Source of the DNA: the human T2T-CHM13v2.0 reference genome, Homo sapiens
Strand: one strand, 5' to 3'
Length of the DNA: 64,000 bases
Assembly: GCF_009914755.1 (NCBI RefSeq)
Contig: NC_060944.1
Shown: in pieces, positions 1 to 17,039 of the stretch
How the letters are laid out: the number at the start of each line of letters is the position of its first letter
Position numbering within the stretch: the stretch's first letter is position 1
The notes under the pieces: generated by a model
What the model was told of the DNA's origin: nothing
The model's input: only the letters and a program-made list of their open reading frames with translations
The model's database searches: none
Position numbers and translations under genes: made by a program

Positions 1-95
1 CCGGAGGCTGAGATGGGAGGACTGCTTGAGCCCAGGAGGCTGAGGCTGCAGTGAGCCTTGATTGCACTACTGATTGTCTCAGAAAAAAGAAAAAA
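1..95 (+). mobile_element. Alu right-arm fragment (cut by window edge)
   Basis: gaggctgag...cccaggagg...gcagtgagc...gtctc followed by A tail. Confidence 0.8.
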
Positions 96-482
96 GGAAA
101 CAATTTTCTTTATTCTATTCTCACAGCTGCTCCATGTAATAGACAGGGTGGTATTTTCTAGACTTAAGTTTAGGGACCAAGTCCACATTCCATGCTAGTG
201 AAGTGGAGCCCTCAGCAGTGGCTCCTTCACACCATGCCAACTTACCTCTAGGAAGAAATATAACACAAAAGTATTGTCATTAGTAGAGATGAAAATATAG
301 TCCCTTGTGGAGCTAACCCATGAAAAGTTAGTTCACTAGGTTGAAGCTTGTTAGGTGAAGAGCATCTTTTTTTTTTTTTTTTTTTCAAAATCAGATGAAA
401 TATTCTCTTCTAATAAAGAAAAGTTCATTTATACTTGTCAATCAGAAGAAAGCCACAGTTCTGGGTGATCAGAAAAAGTTCA

Positions 483-617
<135 letters not shown>

Positions 618-1011
618 CTAAAATGAAAACAGACGTTTTAGAAATGTTATAAACAGAAATGTTATAAATATAAATGAATCCATTAGCCATTTTTTTCTTT
701 GAGGACTATTCCCTTGGAATACTGAACATCTCCTAAACAGAGGTCTCCTTCCCGTGTGGGGAAAATGACATTTTAACCTGAATCGTTCTGAGGTTCATGG
801 TTAGTCATGTTACAACTGGCTCTTTCTCATCACTGATTGTGCTCACAGTAGGGAAGAGATAATAATTGCAAGACTAGTGTCTTACAGAGGATGTGAGCGT
901 GTGTGGATTATGAGGAGCATTTTAAATTAAAAATTTGTTCTGGTCTGAAGAAGAAAGCAAAATAAAAAATACAGAAAACAATTGCTCTCCTTATTTTCAG
1001 ATATTTCTTCA

Positions 1012-1215
<204 letters not shown>

Positions 1216-1374
1216 CTAGAGACAAAAACAGAGGTGTGTGTGTAATGAGGTATATTTATATCCCACAATACAAAGATTCTGAAACAACTGAGGCCATTCT
1301 CTGTTAATCAGATGCAGCAAACTTCAGCTCAGGTAAGTGAAAGGAATACTTCTATTGTGCCATATACTCAGCAC

Positions 1375-1749
<375 letters not shown>

Positions 1750-2704
1750 TGATTCCATTATTTTCTCTCTCTTTTATTACTACATATTGGTAGTAATAGA
1801 TAGTAAAAATGGTTTATATGATAAACAGTGTAATAAGTAAACAGTGTAATAGAAGGGATCCCCATGCTGATCTGCAAGCCCAGTGCAATCCCAAGCAGAA
1901 TCCGATAGGATTTTTTAAATGAAACTTTATACAAGCTGATTCTCAAGTTGAGGCTGGTGGAAGACATAATGTTCAAATATTGCCAAGAAATTGAAAAAGA
2001 ACAATGTTGAGTAAAGCACTTCTCCTCCCAGATATTAAAACCTATTATAAAGTTGCAGTAATTAAAATGGTATGGTACTGGTGTAATGATTGATAAAGTA
2101 TCAATAAAGCCTTATCTAGAAACAGACTTATATATGTATATAAATTTAATATAAAATATTAATTTTATATTAAAATATAAAAATGACATTTTACACCAGC
2201 AGGGGAAGGAAGAATTCAACACTATAAACAGTGTTGAAAATGCCTAGCCACTTGGAACACAAATTGAAACAAAAAATAACTTTACACTATCCAAAAATAT
2301 AAATTACAGATGGATTAAATAATTTAAACATATAAAACCACAATAAGATACTACTTCACACCTACTAGAATGGCTCTTATCTAAAAGACAGGTAATAACC
2401 AGTGTTGGTGAGGCTGTGGAGAAATTGGAGCCCTTGTGCACTGCTAGGTGTAAAATGATGCAGCCTCTGTAGAAAAGTTTGGCAGTTCTTTAAAAAGTTA
2501 AACATAGAATATAATCCATCAATCCTACTCCTAGCTGTACACCCAAACAAACTGAAAGTGGCATCCAAACACATACTTGTACAACAATGTTTACAGCAGC
2601 AATATTCATAATAGCCAAAAGGTAGAAACAGCAGAATGGATAAATAAAATGTGCTGTCCACATACAATAGAACGCTATTCAGCCTTAAAAAGGAATGAAA
2701 TTCT

Positions 2705-3002
2705 GGCTGGGCACAGTGGCTCACACCTGTAATCCCAGCACTTTGGGAGGCAGAGGTGGGCAGATCACTTGAGGTCAGGAGTTTGAGACACGCCTGGCCA
2801 ACATGGTGAAACCCCGTCTCTACTAAAAATACAAAAATTAGCCAGGCATGGTGGCAGGTGCATGTAATCCCAGCTACTTGGGGGAGGGTGAGGTGGGAGA
2901 ATCACTTGAACCTGGGAGGCAGAGGTTTCAGTGAGCCAAGATTGCAGCACTGCACTCTAGCCTGGGCAACAAGAGTGAGACTGTCTCGAAAAAAAAAAAA
3001 AA
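2705..3002 (+). mobile_element. AluS
   Basis: Full dimer with A tail; TSD-like aaggaat(g/t)aaattctg on both sides. Confidence 0.92.
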
Positions 3003-3319
3003 AGGAATTAAATTCTGATACTTGATACAATATGAATGAAGCTTGAAGATGCTATGCTAAGTGAAATAAGCCAAATACAAAAAAACAAATACTGGATGAC
3101 TTCACTTATATAAACTATCTAGAATAGGCAAATTCATAAAGACAGAAAGTAGAATAGAGATTACCAGGGGCAAAAGAGAGAAGGCAATGGAGAATTATTG
3201 TTTAATAGGTACAGACTTTCTTTTTGGGATGGTAAGAAAGTTTTGAAAATGGACAGTGGCCCAACCTGGGCAATGTAGCAAGACTCTTGTCTCTATTTTT
3301 TTAAAAAAGTGGCTCTTGT

Positions 3320-3590
3320 CACTAGTCCCAGCGACTTGGGAGGTTGAGGCAGGAGGATTGCCTGAGGCCAGGAATTCAAGACCACCCTAGGCAACATGAT
3401 GAGTCACTGTTTCTAAAAAAAAAAAAAAAAAAAAAATTATCCAGGCATGGTGGCATGCACTTGTTCCAGCTACTCAGGAGGCTGAGGTGGGAGGATTGCT
3501 TGAGCCCAGGAGTTTGAGGCTACAGGGAGCTATGATCACAGCCTGGGTGACAGAGAGAGACTATCTCAGAAAAAAAAAAAAGAGAGAGAA
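3320..3590 (+). mobile_element. AluJ
   Basis: Diverged dimer with ggaggattgc diagnostic. Confidence 0.85.
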
Positions 3591-5107
3591 AATGGATAGT
3601 GGTAATAGTTGCACAACACTGTGACTATCCTTAATGCTACTGAATTGTACATCTAAAAATGGTTAAAATGATAAACATTATGTATATTTTACAATAAAAA
3701 AGTCAAAGAAAAAATCCCAAATGTATACATGAATATTCATGGCAGTATTATTCATAATAGTCAAACAGTGAAAACAATCCAAATGTTCATTGATTGATGA
3801 ATGAATGTAGTATACATAAACAAGGAAATATTAGTTAGCATTAAAAAGACATAAAATATGATACATGCTACAATAGGAATGAATGAATGAATTCTGAAAA
3901 TACTATGCTAAGTGAAAAAAATTATTCATAAAGTACCACATTTTGTGTAATTCCACTTATAGGAAGTTTCCAGAATAGGCAAATCCACAGAGACAGAAAA
4001 CAGACTGATGATTACTCAGGGCTGGGAGGGTAGGAGGGAACTGGGGAGTGACCGCTAATGGGTATGGAGTTTCTTACTGCGGTGATGAAAATGTTCTGAA
4101 ATTAGATGGTGGTTAATGGTTGCACAACTCTGAATATACTAAAAACCACTGAATTGTACATATTAAACAGGTAAATGTATGGCATGTAAATTATATCTCA
4201 AAAAGCTATTATAAAACAGCTAAACAGAAAAACCATGACTATTATTAGATGGACACATGAGGGAATACTTTCTGTAATCTTTAAATGGGGAAGTCTATTC
4301 TAAGCAAGACAAGAGGCCTAAAAGTTGTGATGCATAAGGCTGGCTTGACAACCTAAAATTAAACATTTTTAATGGTAAAAAATATCCTAAAGAAGGTTAC
4401 AAATTTATAAAATATAGGATACAGATTGAAAAAATATTTGAAATATTTGAATAATTAAAAAAGTTTGTAATAAATATAAAAAATGATGTCCATCATATAC
4501 ACAGTACTCCTATAAATCATATGAAACATATAAATAATTTAATAGAGTTTGTGGCAAATATATAAACAGGTAGTTCACAGAAGAAAGCAAAATGGCCATA
4601 AAAACATTGGAAAAGATGCTCAATCTCACTAATTACTAGAGAATTCAAACGAAAACAAGATGACCTAATTTCCATTTTCCTATCACATCTACCTACATTA
4701 CAAATACTGATAATGTTTGATGTTGGTGAGGATGTGGGGATATCAGCCCTTTCACAGATGCCGTTAGTAGAAAGGTAATTTGGTGACATAAAGCTTTAAG
4801 CTTTTAGTATCGTTTTGCCCTTTGATAAGCACATCCAGTGTTACTGTTCCAAAGAAATGCAAGCACTTGCGAGATACTTTTACAAGAATGTTCAGCACAC
4901 TTAGGTCCTGATAAACTACAGTTTATTTAGCCTTTCCTTTGATTTTTTTTCAGTGGTTAAAAAAAGTGAGTCTGACTTACTTATACTGACATGAAAGATA
5001 GCCATGATATGTTTTGAAGTAAAAAGAAGCAAGCTACAGAGAAAACAAATGATCCTACTTATCTAGGGAACACAAAGTCTTGAAAATCTATTCAAAAATA
5101 TGTTTGT

Positions 5108-5127
5108 AAACATGTCTAAACAAGTCT
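5108..5127. promoter_or_regulatory. p53/p63/p73 response element (perfect consensus)
   Basis: AAACATGTCT AAACAAGTCT = RRRCWWGYYY x2, zero spacer, no mismatches. Confidence 0.6.
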
Positions 5128-5213
5128 GCAAGGATGGTTGGTCATGAAGCTAACTGTGGCTGCCTCTTAGGAGAATGGTCATGATACAGAACTGTTTTCC
5201 ATTTTTACTCTAA

Positions 5214-5552
<339 letters not shown>

Positions 5553-5624
5553 TAAAAAATTAATTTAATTGTGGTAAAATATATGTAACATAATATTTAC
5601 CATCTTAACCATCCGCCTACTGTT

Positions 5625-5750
5625 TTTTAGAGGCACGGTCTCACCCTGTCATGCAGGGTGTAGTGCAGTGGTGCAATCATAGCTCACTGCAGCCTCGAAC
5701 TCCTGGGCTCCAGCAATACTCCTGCCTCAGCCTCCCTAGTAGCTGGGAGT
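5625..5750 (-). mobile_element. Alu right-arm/FRAM fragment
   Basis: catagctcactgcagcctcgaactcctgggctc. Confidence 0.75.
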
Positions 5751-5881
5751 TCCCTCTCTGGAGGCCTGTTCCCATTTCTCCAGAGACAATGCTGCATCAC
5801 AATGTTCCAGATCTTTCACAGGTCATTGACAGGCATCCTATAGGACTTCCCCCCAATACCCCCACCCCGAGAACTCTTTCA

Positions 5882-6502
<621 letters not shown>

Positions 6503-6589
6503 TTATTTAAGATTCTCTATTGGCCCAGGAGCAGCTTTCAGTATCTTCCAAGCCTCTTTTTAGAACAGATGTGCTTTTCCTGTACTGAA

Positions 6590-7430
6590 CACTAAAATAC
6601 TATGAACTATCAGAGTTCTAAAATGTGTGTTTTTTTAATTCACAAATTTTGAACACATTTAAAAAGGGGCAAAAGGTATGTGATAAATGAATTCATTATG
6701 AATGAATTTGAAAGGGACAAAAGAGTGTTCAATAAAAAGTTAGTCCCCCTCTCTACCTTGTTCCCTGGAAATGGTAGTTTCTCTATGGGCTGTTTTGCAT
6801 CTTTTAATAATGCACCTGGAGTCTGTTTCATATCAAAAAAGAGCTGATTCATTCTTTTTAAAAACAATATGGTATGAATGTATCATAATGTATTTAACCA
6901 ATTCTGTAGCTATGGACATTTAGGTGGTTTCCAGTCTTTTCCTAAAACAATATAATAACCGCCCCTGTATACCTACATGTCAGTTTGCATGTGTGAGTAT
7001 AACTGTGCTATAAACACCTAGGAGTGGATTTGCTGAATCAAAGCTATGTAGAACTGTAATTCTGATACTGCCAAATTGCCCTCTATAGACTAATTTATAC
7101 TTTGACCTGCAAGCAGTCTATGACAGAGCCCATTTCCTGACACTCTTGCCAAGATAGTATGTAACTTTTTGATCTTTGCCACTGTAAAGCATTGTAGTTC
7201 ATTTTCTATGAACTATATATTTACATCCTTTGCTCATTAGTCTTCTGGGTTGTTGGTCTTCTTATTACTGATTTTTAGGAGCTCTTTACATATTAGAGAA
7301 ATTCATCTTTTGTTTGTAGTATGTGTTGTAAAGACTTTTACTTTGTTATAGTTTTTTTTTTTTTTTTTGGCCAGATGTACAATTTTCATTTTTTATTAAA
7401 ATGTACCAATCTTTTCTGGATTCTTCATTT
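6590..7430 (-). mobile_element. Old L1M fragment
   Basis: Antisense L1 3' motifs (tggacatttaggtggtttccagtc; gagtggatttgctgaatcaaag). Confidence 0.6.
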
Positions 7431-7439
7431 TTTGAGTCT

Positions 7440-7775
<336 letters not shown>

Positions 7776-8899
7776 TGAATTCTAGCATTTTACGTATCTG
7801 AGATTTTAATCAGCACCTGTTACTAAGGACCTGTGGCCAGTATGAATCTCTCTGAAAGCCAGAGAAGCTCTCTAGTCCTCACTGTAGATTTTAGTTTCTA
7901 CTTGTAGGGTGCCTTGTAAATTTGCAGTGGCTTCATGGGTGTTCTTTCTTCTTCTTAGATTTGATTGTAGCTGCCACGAGAACACAAATTACATCTAAAA
8001 TTTCTATATCCCTCTATTTATGCAGCACAGAGTAGGAGTCTTAAACTTGATTTTATCTATAGCACTCATAATTTTGAGAGAGGGGGAAGGGAATACTGCC
8101 ATAAGTACTAAAGTGGTTGAGGATCACAGTGTCCTCCAATGCCATGTCCCATTATCCTGAGTCTTCCTGTCACCTTTGGGTTGACAGTTTCTGTGTGGCT
8201 GTTAGATTCAAATCGGTTTCACTTTTTAGGCTATGAAGAGGGAGCTCCTCACCAATTAAGCGGGCAGAGGCTGGAGGCCAAAGAGCCAGAGACAACAGCC
8301 CTTGTGACCCTCAGCTTCAGTGTCCTTGTCCCCTTCTGGAGTACGATTCGTTTGATTTCTTCCACTTTTTAGACAAATACATATTTAACCCTGCTCCTCT
8401 ATATTTATACCAATGATCTGCCATTATCTGGCTTATTTGACTGTGAAGTCACTTACATGTTCCTAATGGTTTTTCAGGGGGCAGATGACTCAGCTGCATT
8501 CTTTTTAGCTCAAGCTTAGTTCTGAAGCAGCGGATTGAATCGGGGGAGTCTCTTGGCAAAGAAACTGCTGGAAGGGTCCCCAAGGACCCTATGAGTCCTT
8601 GGGCTGAGTGATCCTATCATCCATCAGGTGCCTGAACTGGGAAAGCCTGACTCACAGCGTGTGGGGTGAGGGGCAAAGAAAGTACCAGATGCAGTCTCTG
8701 TCTCCAAGGACTTGATTGTCTATTTGTAGAAAAAAATCCACAGATGTGGTGTGATTAGAGGAGTGAGTCCTGAAATTGTACAGTACTCAGCTGTGGCTCA
8801 GAGAAGGCAAAGGCCCATGTGACCGAGAGTAGAGAAAAGCTCCTTTCTGGAAAGAGTGGAACCTGAATGTGGTCTCAGAGCAGGGTTCTGATTCTGGGG

Positions 8900-9300
8900 T
8901 TCTCAGACTTGGAAGTTTGATTATCAGGTGGTCCACAAGCTTGTATGAGGAAACACAACCTCTCCAATTGCATCGACTTCGAATGGAAATTTAGCATTTC
9001 CTCTCAGGATGCTAAACCACAGCATTGCAGAGTACTTGTCACTCTGTGACCACCAGAATCAAGATTTTGTTCCTTCTGTATGCCAGTTGTTGCTGCTGTC
9101 TTCAAGCAAGGCTCACCCACATCACTACTTTGAAATTATGGTGGTTATGAGAACTACAAATCTTCTTTATTCAATTAACTAAAAATATATTACTATATAC
9201 ATTTTCAAAAAGGGTTTGGCTACTACAGTTTAATATAAGTGTTTCATTTTGTAGTCCTATGTATTTTATCTCATTAATTTGAAAACATTATTTTAATATA
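8900..9300 (+). mobile_element. hAT-Charlie (Charlie4-like) fragment
   Basis: Shares ctttgaaattatggt and tttgtagtcctatgtattttat motifs with the Charlie relic at 46860-49601. Confidence 0.5.
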
Positions 9301-10498
9301 CAACAGTTTTGAGTTCTCAGTACCCAGCTTAGTTCTTGGCCTACAGTAGTTGCTCAATAAATAAACACACAAACAAACAACAGATGGGGCACAGATTTGA
9401 ATAGATAAGATGGGACCAAATTACTGACTTAGTAACTGGAAAATGCATGGGCATATTTTATGTATGTGTTATCTATTTTCAGAAAAAATGTAAGGCAGTT
9501 TATTAGAATAGATGGCATACAACAAGATAGCTTAAATTAAGAGTTAAGCAAGGAAATGCTAAAGTTGAGTCATGAATGAGGCTTAAATATAAAATCACAA
9601 AAAAGTATGGATTTGGTTTTAGCAGGCAATGAAAAAACAAAAACAAAAACAAAAAACCTGGACAGTTGCAAATTCACAGTAGAGTTAAAAAAAAGCCAAG
9701 CCAATTGCGTAGGAGAAGCAGTACAGTAATTTCTCCTGGAGATTTTATCGAAGAAAAGCCAAAATTTGCCCTTTTGCCATGATTCACTTATGCATTCCAG
9801 ACACAAGCTTGGTCCACAGGATAAAAATCAAGGACTGAGCAGGAACCTCTCCTTAGAAATGACAAGGGACAAGGTTTGTTTTGAAGATGGCAGTTGGGGA
9901 AACAGTGGAAGCTGAGGTGAGCCTTTGCAGACCAGACCTAAAGTCAGGACCAAGAAGAAGACAGTGCCTCTTACAAGAGGTGGAAATGCTGGTGTAGATG
10001 AGAAAGGGTCTGTACAGAAAGGCTGACCAAGGCAAGCTCCTCCAAGTGTCTGGCAGTAAATGGAAAAGAGCAACAGGCACAAAACAGTGATGGGAGCATG
10101 CAACACAGTGACCCTGCGCACTCAGAGGACCAGTCATCCAGTTTATATCGTCGACACTGGGCCATTGTACCGCTGACTCTCAGCTCTTCAAAAGGGCTCA
10201 TCAGAAGGAAGGAAGAGGCAGAAGTTCAAAGGACTTATCTCACCCCTCATTTGTTATTCTAATAGACTTCAGGGGGAGATGTGCAGTGAAAATAGAATTG
10301 GTGACCAGCTGGGTGACCAGGTGAGAAAAAGGCATTACATAGATGATCCCTTTCCCTCAGTTCCAAAGAGTAAGCAAGCACTGGAGTGTGGAGTCCTATG
10401 TGCACCATCATGTGATCCTAGCTTGTTCATGGGAACCTGCCTTTAAACCTGACCTCTGACAACTCCTTTCCTTCCTCAGCATTAAGAACTTCAGTTCT

Positions 10499-10805
<307 letters not shown>

Positions 10806-11075
10806 AACTCCAGCTCTCTGAGCCACTCCCATCTTGTTTGACCATTCCTGCAAATGGAGGGGGGCAGTGCATGCCACGCTAGGCGCAAAGATCCTCAGAG
10901 ACTCCGGCTAATTTGGTAGCAGCTTACTGTGCTCAGTAGCGACCAAAGGATAAAAATTCAGAGACCAGGGTCCATGTATCAGTCTCACCCTGCAGGGCTA
11001 AACAGGCGATCACACAAATAAATTCATCCTAATTTTCATAAGCAAATGCCTCCATTTTATCCTTTCATGCATTCA

Positions 11076-11276
<201 letters not shown>

Positions 11277-11339
11277 TTATTATGTCATATATTATATACT
11301 ACATATATATATCCTTGAACAAAATCAGGGTATGTAATA

Positions 11340-11905
<566 letters not shown>

Positions 11906-12107
11906 TATAACAAAAAATCAGTAAGCACATAATAATAGCTTATATTTGCATTTTATCTTACAGTCTTCAAAGTGCTTTATAGATTTTTTTCTCATGGATA
12001 CTCTAAAGTAATCCAATGAAGGGGCCAGGGCAGTTCTTATTATCTCAGCTTTGTAGACAAAGAGACTTAGTCTGAGTGACATTAGATCATCCTTAAAGAT
12101 CACAGGC

Positions 12108-12410
<303 letters not shown>

Positions 12411-12514
12411 TCACAGGCTTGGTTATGGGGCCAGCTTGAGAATCCATACGTCCTGACTACCTGCACCACTTCTCCTTTTACCAGATGGTTTGCCCCAATG
12501 CCAGCTCTGTATTA

Positions 12515-12680
12515 CTGTCTAGAACTTTCTGCAATGAGAGAAATATTCATATCTGTGCTGTCTGATGCATTAGCCCCAGCTGAATGTGGCTGTTAGTGCC
12601 ACATTTTAATTTTAATTAATTTAAAATCCTGTCCACATTTAGATATCCACATGTGGCTAGGGGTTCCTGTACAATGCATA
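12515..12680. mobile_element. MER3-like hAT MITE
   Basis: agaactttctgcaatga...ccacatgtggctag. Confidence 0.6.
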
Positions 12681-13201
12681 GTAGAGTTCTAGAGTTGAGA
12701 AATAAAAACTGGGGAAAGAGGATGACCAACACAAAATCACCATCCTAAAAGAGTTGACAGTCTGCTGGGGGAGACCAAGCCTCAAATAAAGGGACAATGT
12801 GATGTTGGAGTGAGCAAAGTGTCAGGACAGAGCTACAAGGAGGGGGCCGATCTTGAAGGTAATACTTGAGCAGGAGACAGCATGTGGTTGGGCCTTAAAT
12901 GACAGGTAGGGACTGAACAGTTGGTAAAGGGGAATGGTCCTGGAGGTGAGGCAGTGACAGAAAGAATGAGTGTGCACCCAGGCGGCACGGGGCCATGGGA
13001 GCATGGGAGGACACGGAGACACCTGTTGGGGCCAGATCTTCTAGGAAGGTGAATGCTGTTGACGAGTTTGACTTTATCTGGTAGGCAATGGGGAACAACA
13101 GAAATGGTAGTTTCAGAAATAGTTTGGGTGTATTTTCTGAGACCATTTCAAACAGAGCTCAAGGAAGTTGCTCATTAGAATGCCTAAAGAGAAGAGCGAC
13201 A

Positions 13202-13500
13202 GCTGGGCGCGGTGGCTCATGCCTGTAATCCCAGCACTTTGGGAGGCCAAGGTGGGCAGATTACCTGAGGTCAGGAGTTCGAGACCAGCCTGACCAACAT
13301 GGAGAAACCCAATCTCTACTAAAAAAATACAAATTTAGCTGGGCATGGTGGCGCATGCCTGTAATCCCAGCTACTCAGAAAGCTGAGGCAGGAGAATTGC
13401 TTGAACCCAGGGGGGCAGAGATTGTGGTGAGCTGAGATTGCGCCATTGCACTCCAGCCTGGGCAACAAGAGCAAAACTCCATCTCAAAAAAAAAAAAAAA
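13202..13500 (+). mobile_element. AluSp-like
   Basis: Full dimer with ctgaccaacatggagaaacc; TSD agagaagagygaca. Confidence 0.92.
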
Positions 13501-13879
13501 AGAGAAGAGTGACATTCTACAAAAGACAATGTAAGCCTGGTGGGTCACCTTGGATTTATCCCACTGGCCCATGGGGACCAACACACTTATTAACTACCCT
13601 ACATCCCACAAAATATACTTTGCATATCTGTAGTGGTAAAGAATTAGTATTCACAGATAGTAAATCTACTGAGTTACCCAAACATGTAAATTTAGGCACA
13701 CTTTAAATATACTGAAATGACCAAAGGCTGAATTTTTCCCCTTTGTTGCTAAAATCAGCACTAACTTTTGCAAATAAAGCACAATCCCTAGGCCTACCAA
13801 CTTGAAAATGAAACGTGACATCCCATCTCTTACTGTGTCGGCACTAGCTCAGAGAGAAGTAAAAGGAGCCGTGTCCTTA

Positions 13880-14110
<231 letters not shown>

Positions 14111-14228
14111 TCAAGAACTATGATATGAGAATCCAGGGATATAAATCTTCAAGAAAATATTAACATTACTTACACTAAAATGAGTTTTGACTTTAAATTT
14201 GGCACCATTTAAAATAATATAAGTCAAG

Positions 14229-14380
14229 CTGGGCACTGTGGCCCGCGTCTATAATCCTAGCTACTTGGGAGGCTGAGGTTGGAGAATTGTTTGAGCCTAG
14301 GAGTTTGAGACCAGCCAGGGCAACATAGCAAGACTTCATCTCAAAAAACAAACAAACAAACAAACAAAACCCAAAAAATA
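14229..14380 (+). mobile_element. FLAM/Alu left monomer with (CAAA)n tail
   Basis: gctgggcactgtggcc...gagaccagccagggcaacatagcaagac. Confidence 0.8.
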
Positions 14381-14519
14381 ATATGGATCATGATGGTACA
14401 GAGATTAGTAATACACAGGTAATGGTCTTATCTGTAAATTCAGCTCCTCAAAAGCCTTGGAACTCAAATATGTAAAAGCCTTCAAAAATCAACAGGGACA
14501 AACATTGGGGACCACCTCT

Positions 14520-14688
14520 TTTCTTTCTTTTGTTTTTTAGACGGAGTCTCACTCTGTCGCCCAGGCTGGAGTGCTGTGGTGTGATCCTGGCTCACTGCAA
14601 CCTCAACCTCCCAGGTTCAAGTGACTCTCCTGTCTGAGCCTCCTGAATAGCTGGAATTACAGGCATGAGCCACCACACCCGGCTAATG
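14520..14688 (-). mobile_element. 5'-truncated Alu (right arm)
   Basis: TSD gaccacctcttttct on both sides. Confidence 0.88.
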
Positions 14689-14932
14689 GAGACCACCTCT
14701 TTTCTAATAATTCACAGTTTTCCTATTTCAGTAGGAGTCTTGGCACTATTAGAGAACTGGAGACCTCATAGAATGCATGTACCCAATATGTTTCAGGTAG
14801 CCCCTTAAACAAATAGCAGGACTTGCCAATTTTAAGAATTCAGTAGGCTGATGATTTATAAATCAGCTGGCTCTAATTTGTACAATTTGTTCTTTTCATT
14901 GGAATACACTATGCAAGAAAGCCCTCAATCTT

Positions 14933-15245
14933 GGCCGGGTGTGGTGGCTCATTCCTGTAATCCCAGCATTTTGGGTGGCTGAGGCAGGCGGATCACTTGA
15001 GGCCAGGAGTTTGAGACCAGCCTGGCCAACATGGCAAAACCCTGTCTCTACTAAAAATACAAAAATTAGCCAAGTGTGATGGTGCACACCTGTAATTCCA
15101 GCTACTCAGGAGGCTGAGGCATGAGAATCACTTGAGCCCGGGAGGCAGAGGCTGCAATGAGCCGAGATTGTGCCACTGCACTCCAGCTTGGGTGACAGAG
15201 CAAGACTCTGTCTAAAAAAACAAAACAAAACAAACAAACAAAAAA
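14933..15245 (+). mobile_element. AluS
   Basis: Full dimer; TSD aagaaagcc(c)tcaatctt. Confidence 0.92.
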
Positions 15246-15439
15246 TGAAGAAAGAAAGCCTCAATCTTGCAAGCAAGCTAGAGATTTGATTGTTTTGATA
15301 TAAAAAGAAAAGGATGCTTCTCCTCCAGAATTTTCACCTGCCCTCCTCTTGCATGCCCCATAAAAAACTGAATTCAGGAAAGAATCACACAATGATAGAA
15401 TCATGAAGAGAGAAGTGTATTTGAGTGATTTAACTTATC

Positions 15440-15813
<374 letters not shown>

Positions 15814-16030
15814 TAAAATTTTGCATTCATTGGCAACATCAGATATACAATTCAAGTAATGAGTTATTAAACATGCTTGATGAAAAAAAGTCTGAAACAC
15901 ATTTCTGTTAATTCTAAACTTGACTAGATAGCCTTTCCTCATCACATCAGTTCTGCAATTTTATTTCTCCTTTGTTTGGTGGGGGTGGGAGGAGAGATAT
16001 ATTTCTCTCTTGAGTTTTACTGTACGTTCA

Positions 16031-16258
<228 letters not shown>

Positions 16259-16592
16259 CTAAGACTCAGGGTCATTTTGTGCATTTAAAATCATTTCTCA
16301 GGAAATTTCTGAAAAGTAAATGGGACTAAACTGCATCCCTTTTGAAGAAACAGAAGGGGAAAGGGGAACAGAGACCTCCAAAGTAGGTGGGGGGAGAAAA
16401 CGGTGGAGGGAGATTCAGTCTAGTGAAATTTCTGGTTAGAAAAATTATTATAAAAATATTTCAAATGTATCTAAAGCAAAGGGAATGGTATAATGTCCCC
16501 TTCATGGGCTCCCCAGCTTCAGTCATTACTAGCATTATGCTATTCTTGTTACCTATTTACCACCAACTTTACCTCCCTCTCCCCTTTCTTCC

Positions 16593-16943
16593 TGATATGG
16601 TTTGGATGTGTCTCCACCCAAATCTCATCTTGAATTCCCATGTGTTGTCAGAGGGGCCCAGTGGGAGGTAATTGAATCATGGGGGCAGGTCTTTCCTGTG
16701 CTGTTCTCATGATAGTGAATAAGTCTCATGAGATCTGATGGTTTTATAGGGTGTTTCCCCGCACAAGCTCTCTCTTTGCCTGCTGCCATCCATGTAAGAC
16801 GTGACTTGCTCCTCCTTGCCTTCCTCCATGATTGTGAGGCCTCCCCAGCCATGTGGAACTGTAAGTCCATTAAACTTCTTTCTTTTGTAAATTGCCCAGT
16901 CTCAGATATGTCTTTATCAGCAGCATGAAAATGAACTAATAGA
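16593..16943 (+). mobile_element. THE1(B-like) solo LTR (MaLR)
   Basis: tgatatggtttgg...gaactaataga with 5-bp TSD CTTCC. Confidence 0.9.
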
Positions 16944-17039
16944 CTTCCCTTCCTTGCTCCCTCTCCCTTTCCTTTTTCCAGTTTTTTAAACAACCAACAA
17001 AGGTCCTGCTTCCTTTTTTCTTTATAGATCACAGATCTT

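Noticed and set aside
2145-2174. AT-only 13-bp inverted repeat
   Set aside because: Low-complexity AT sequence in an L1 relic; common by chance
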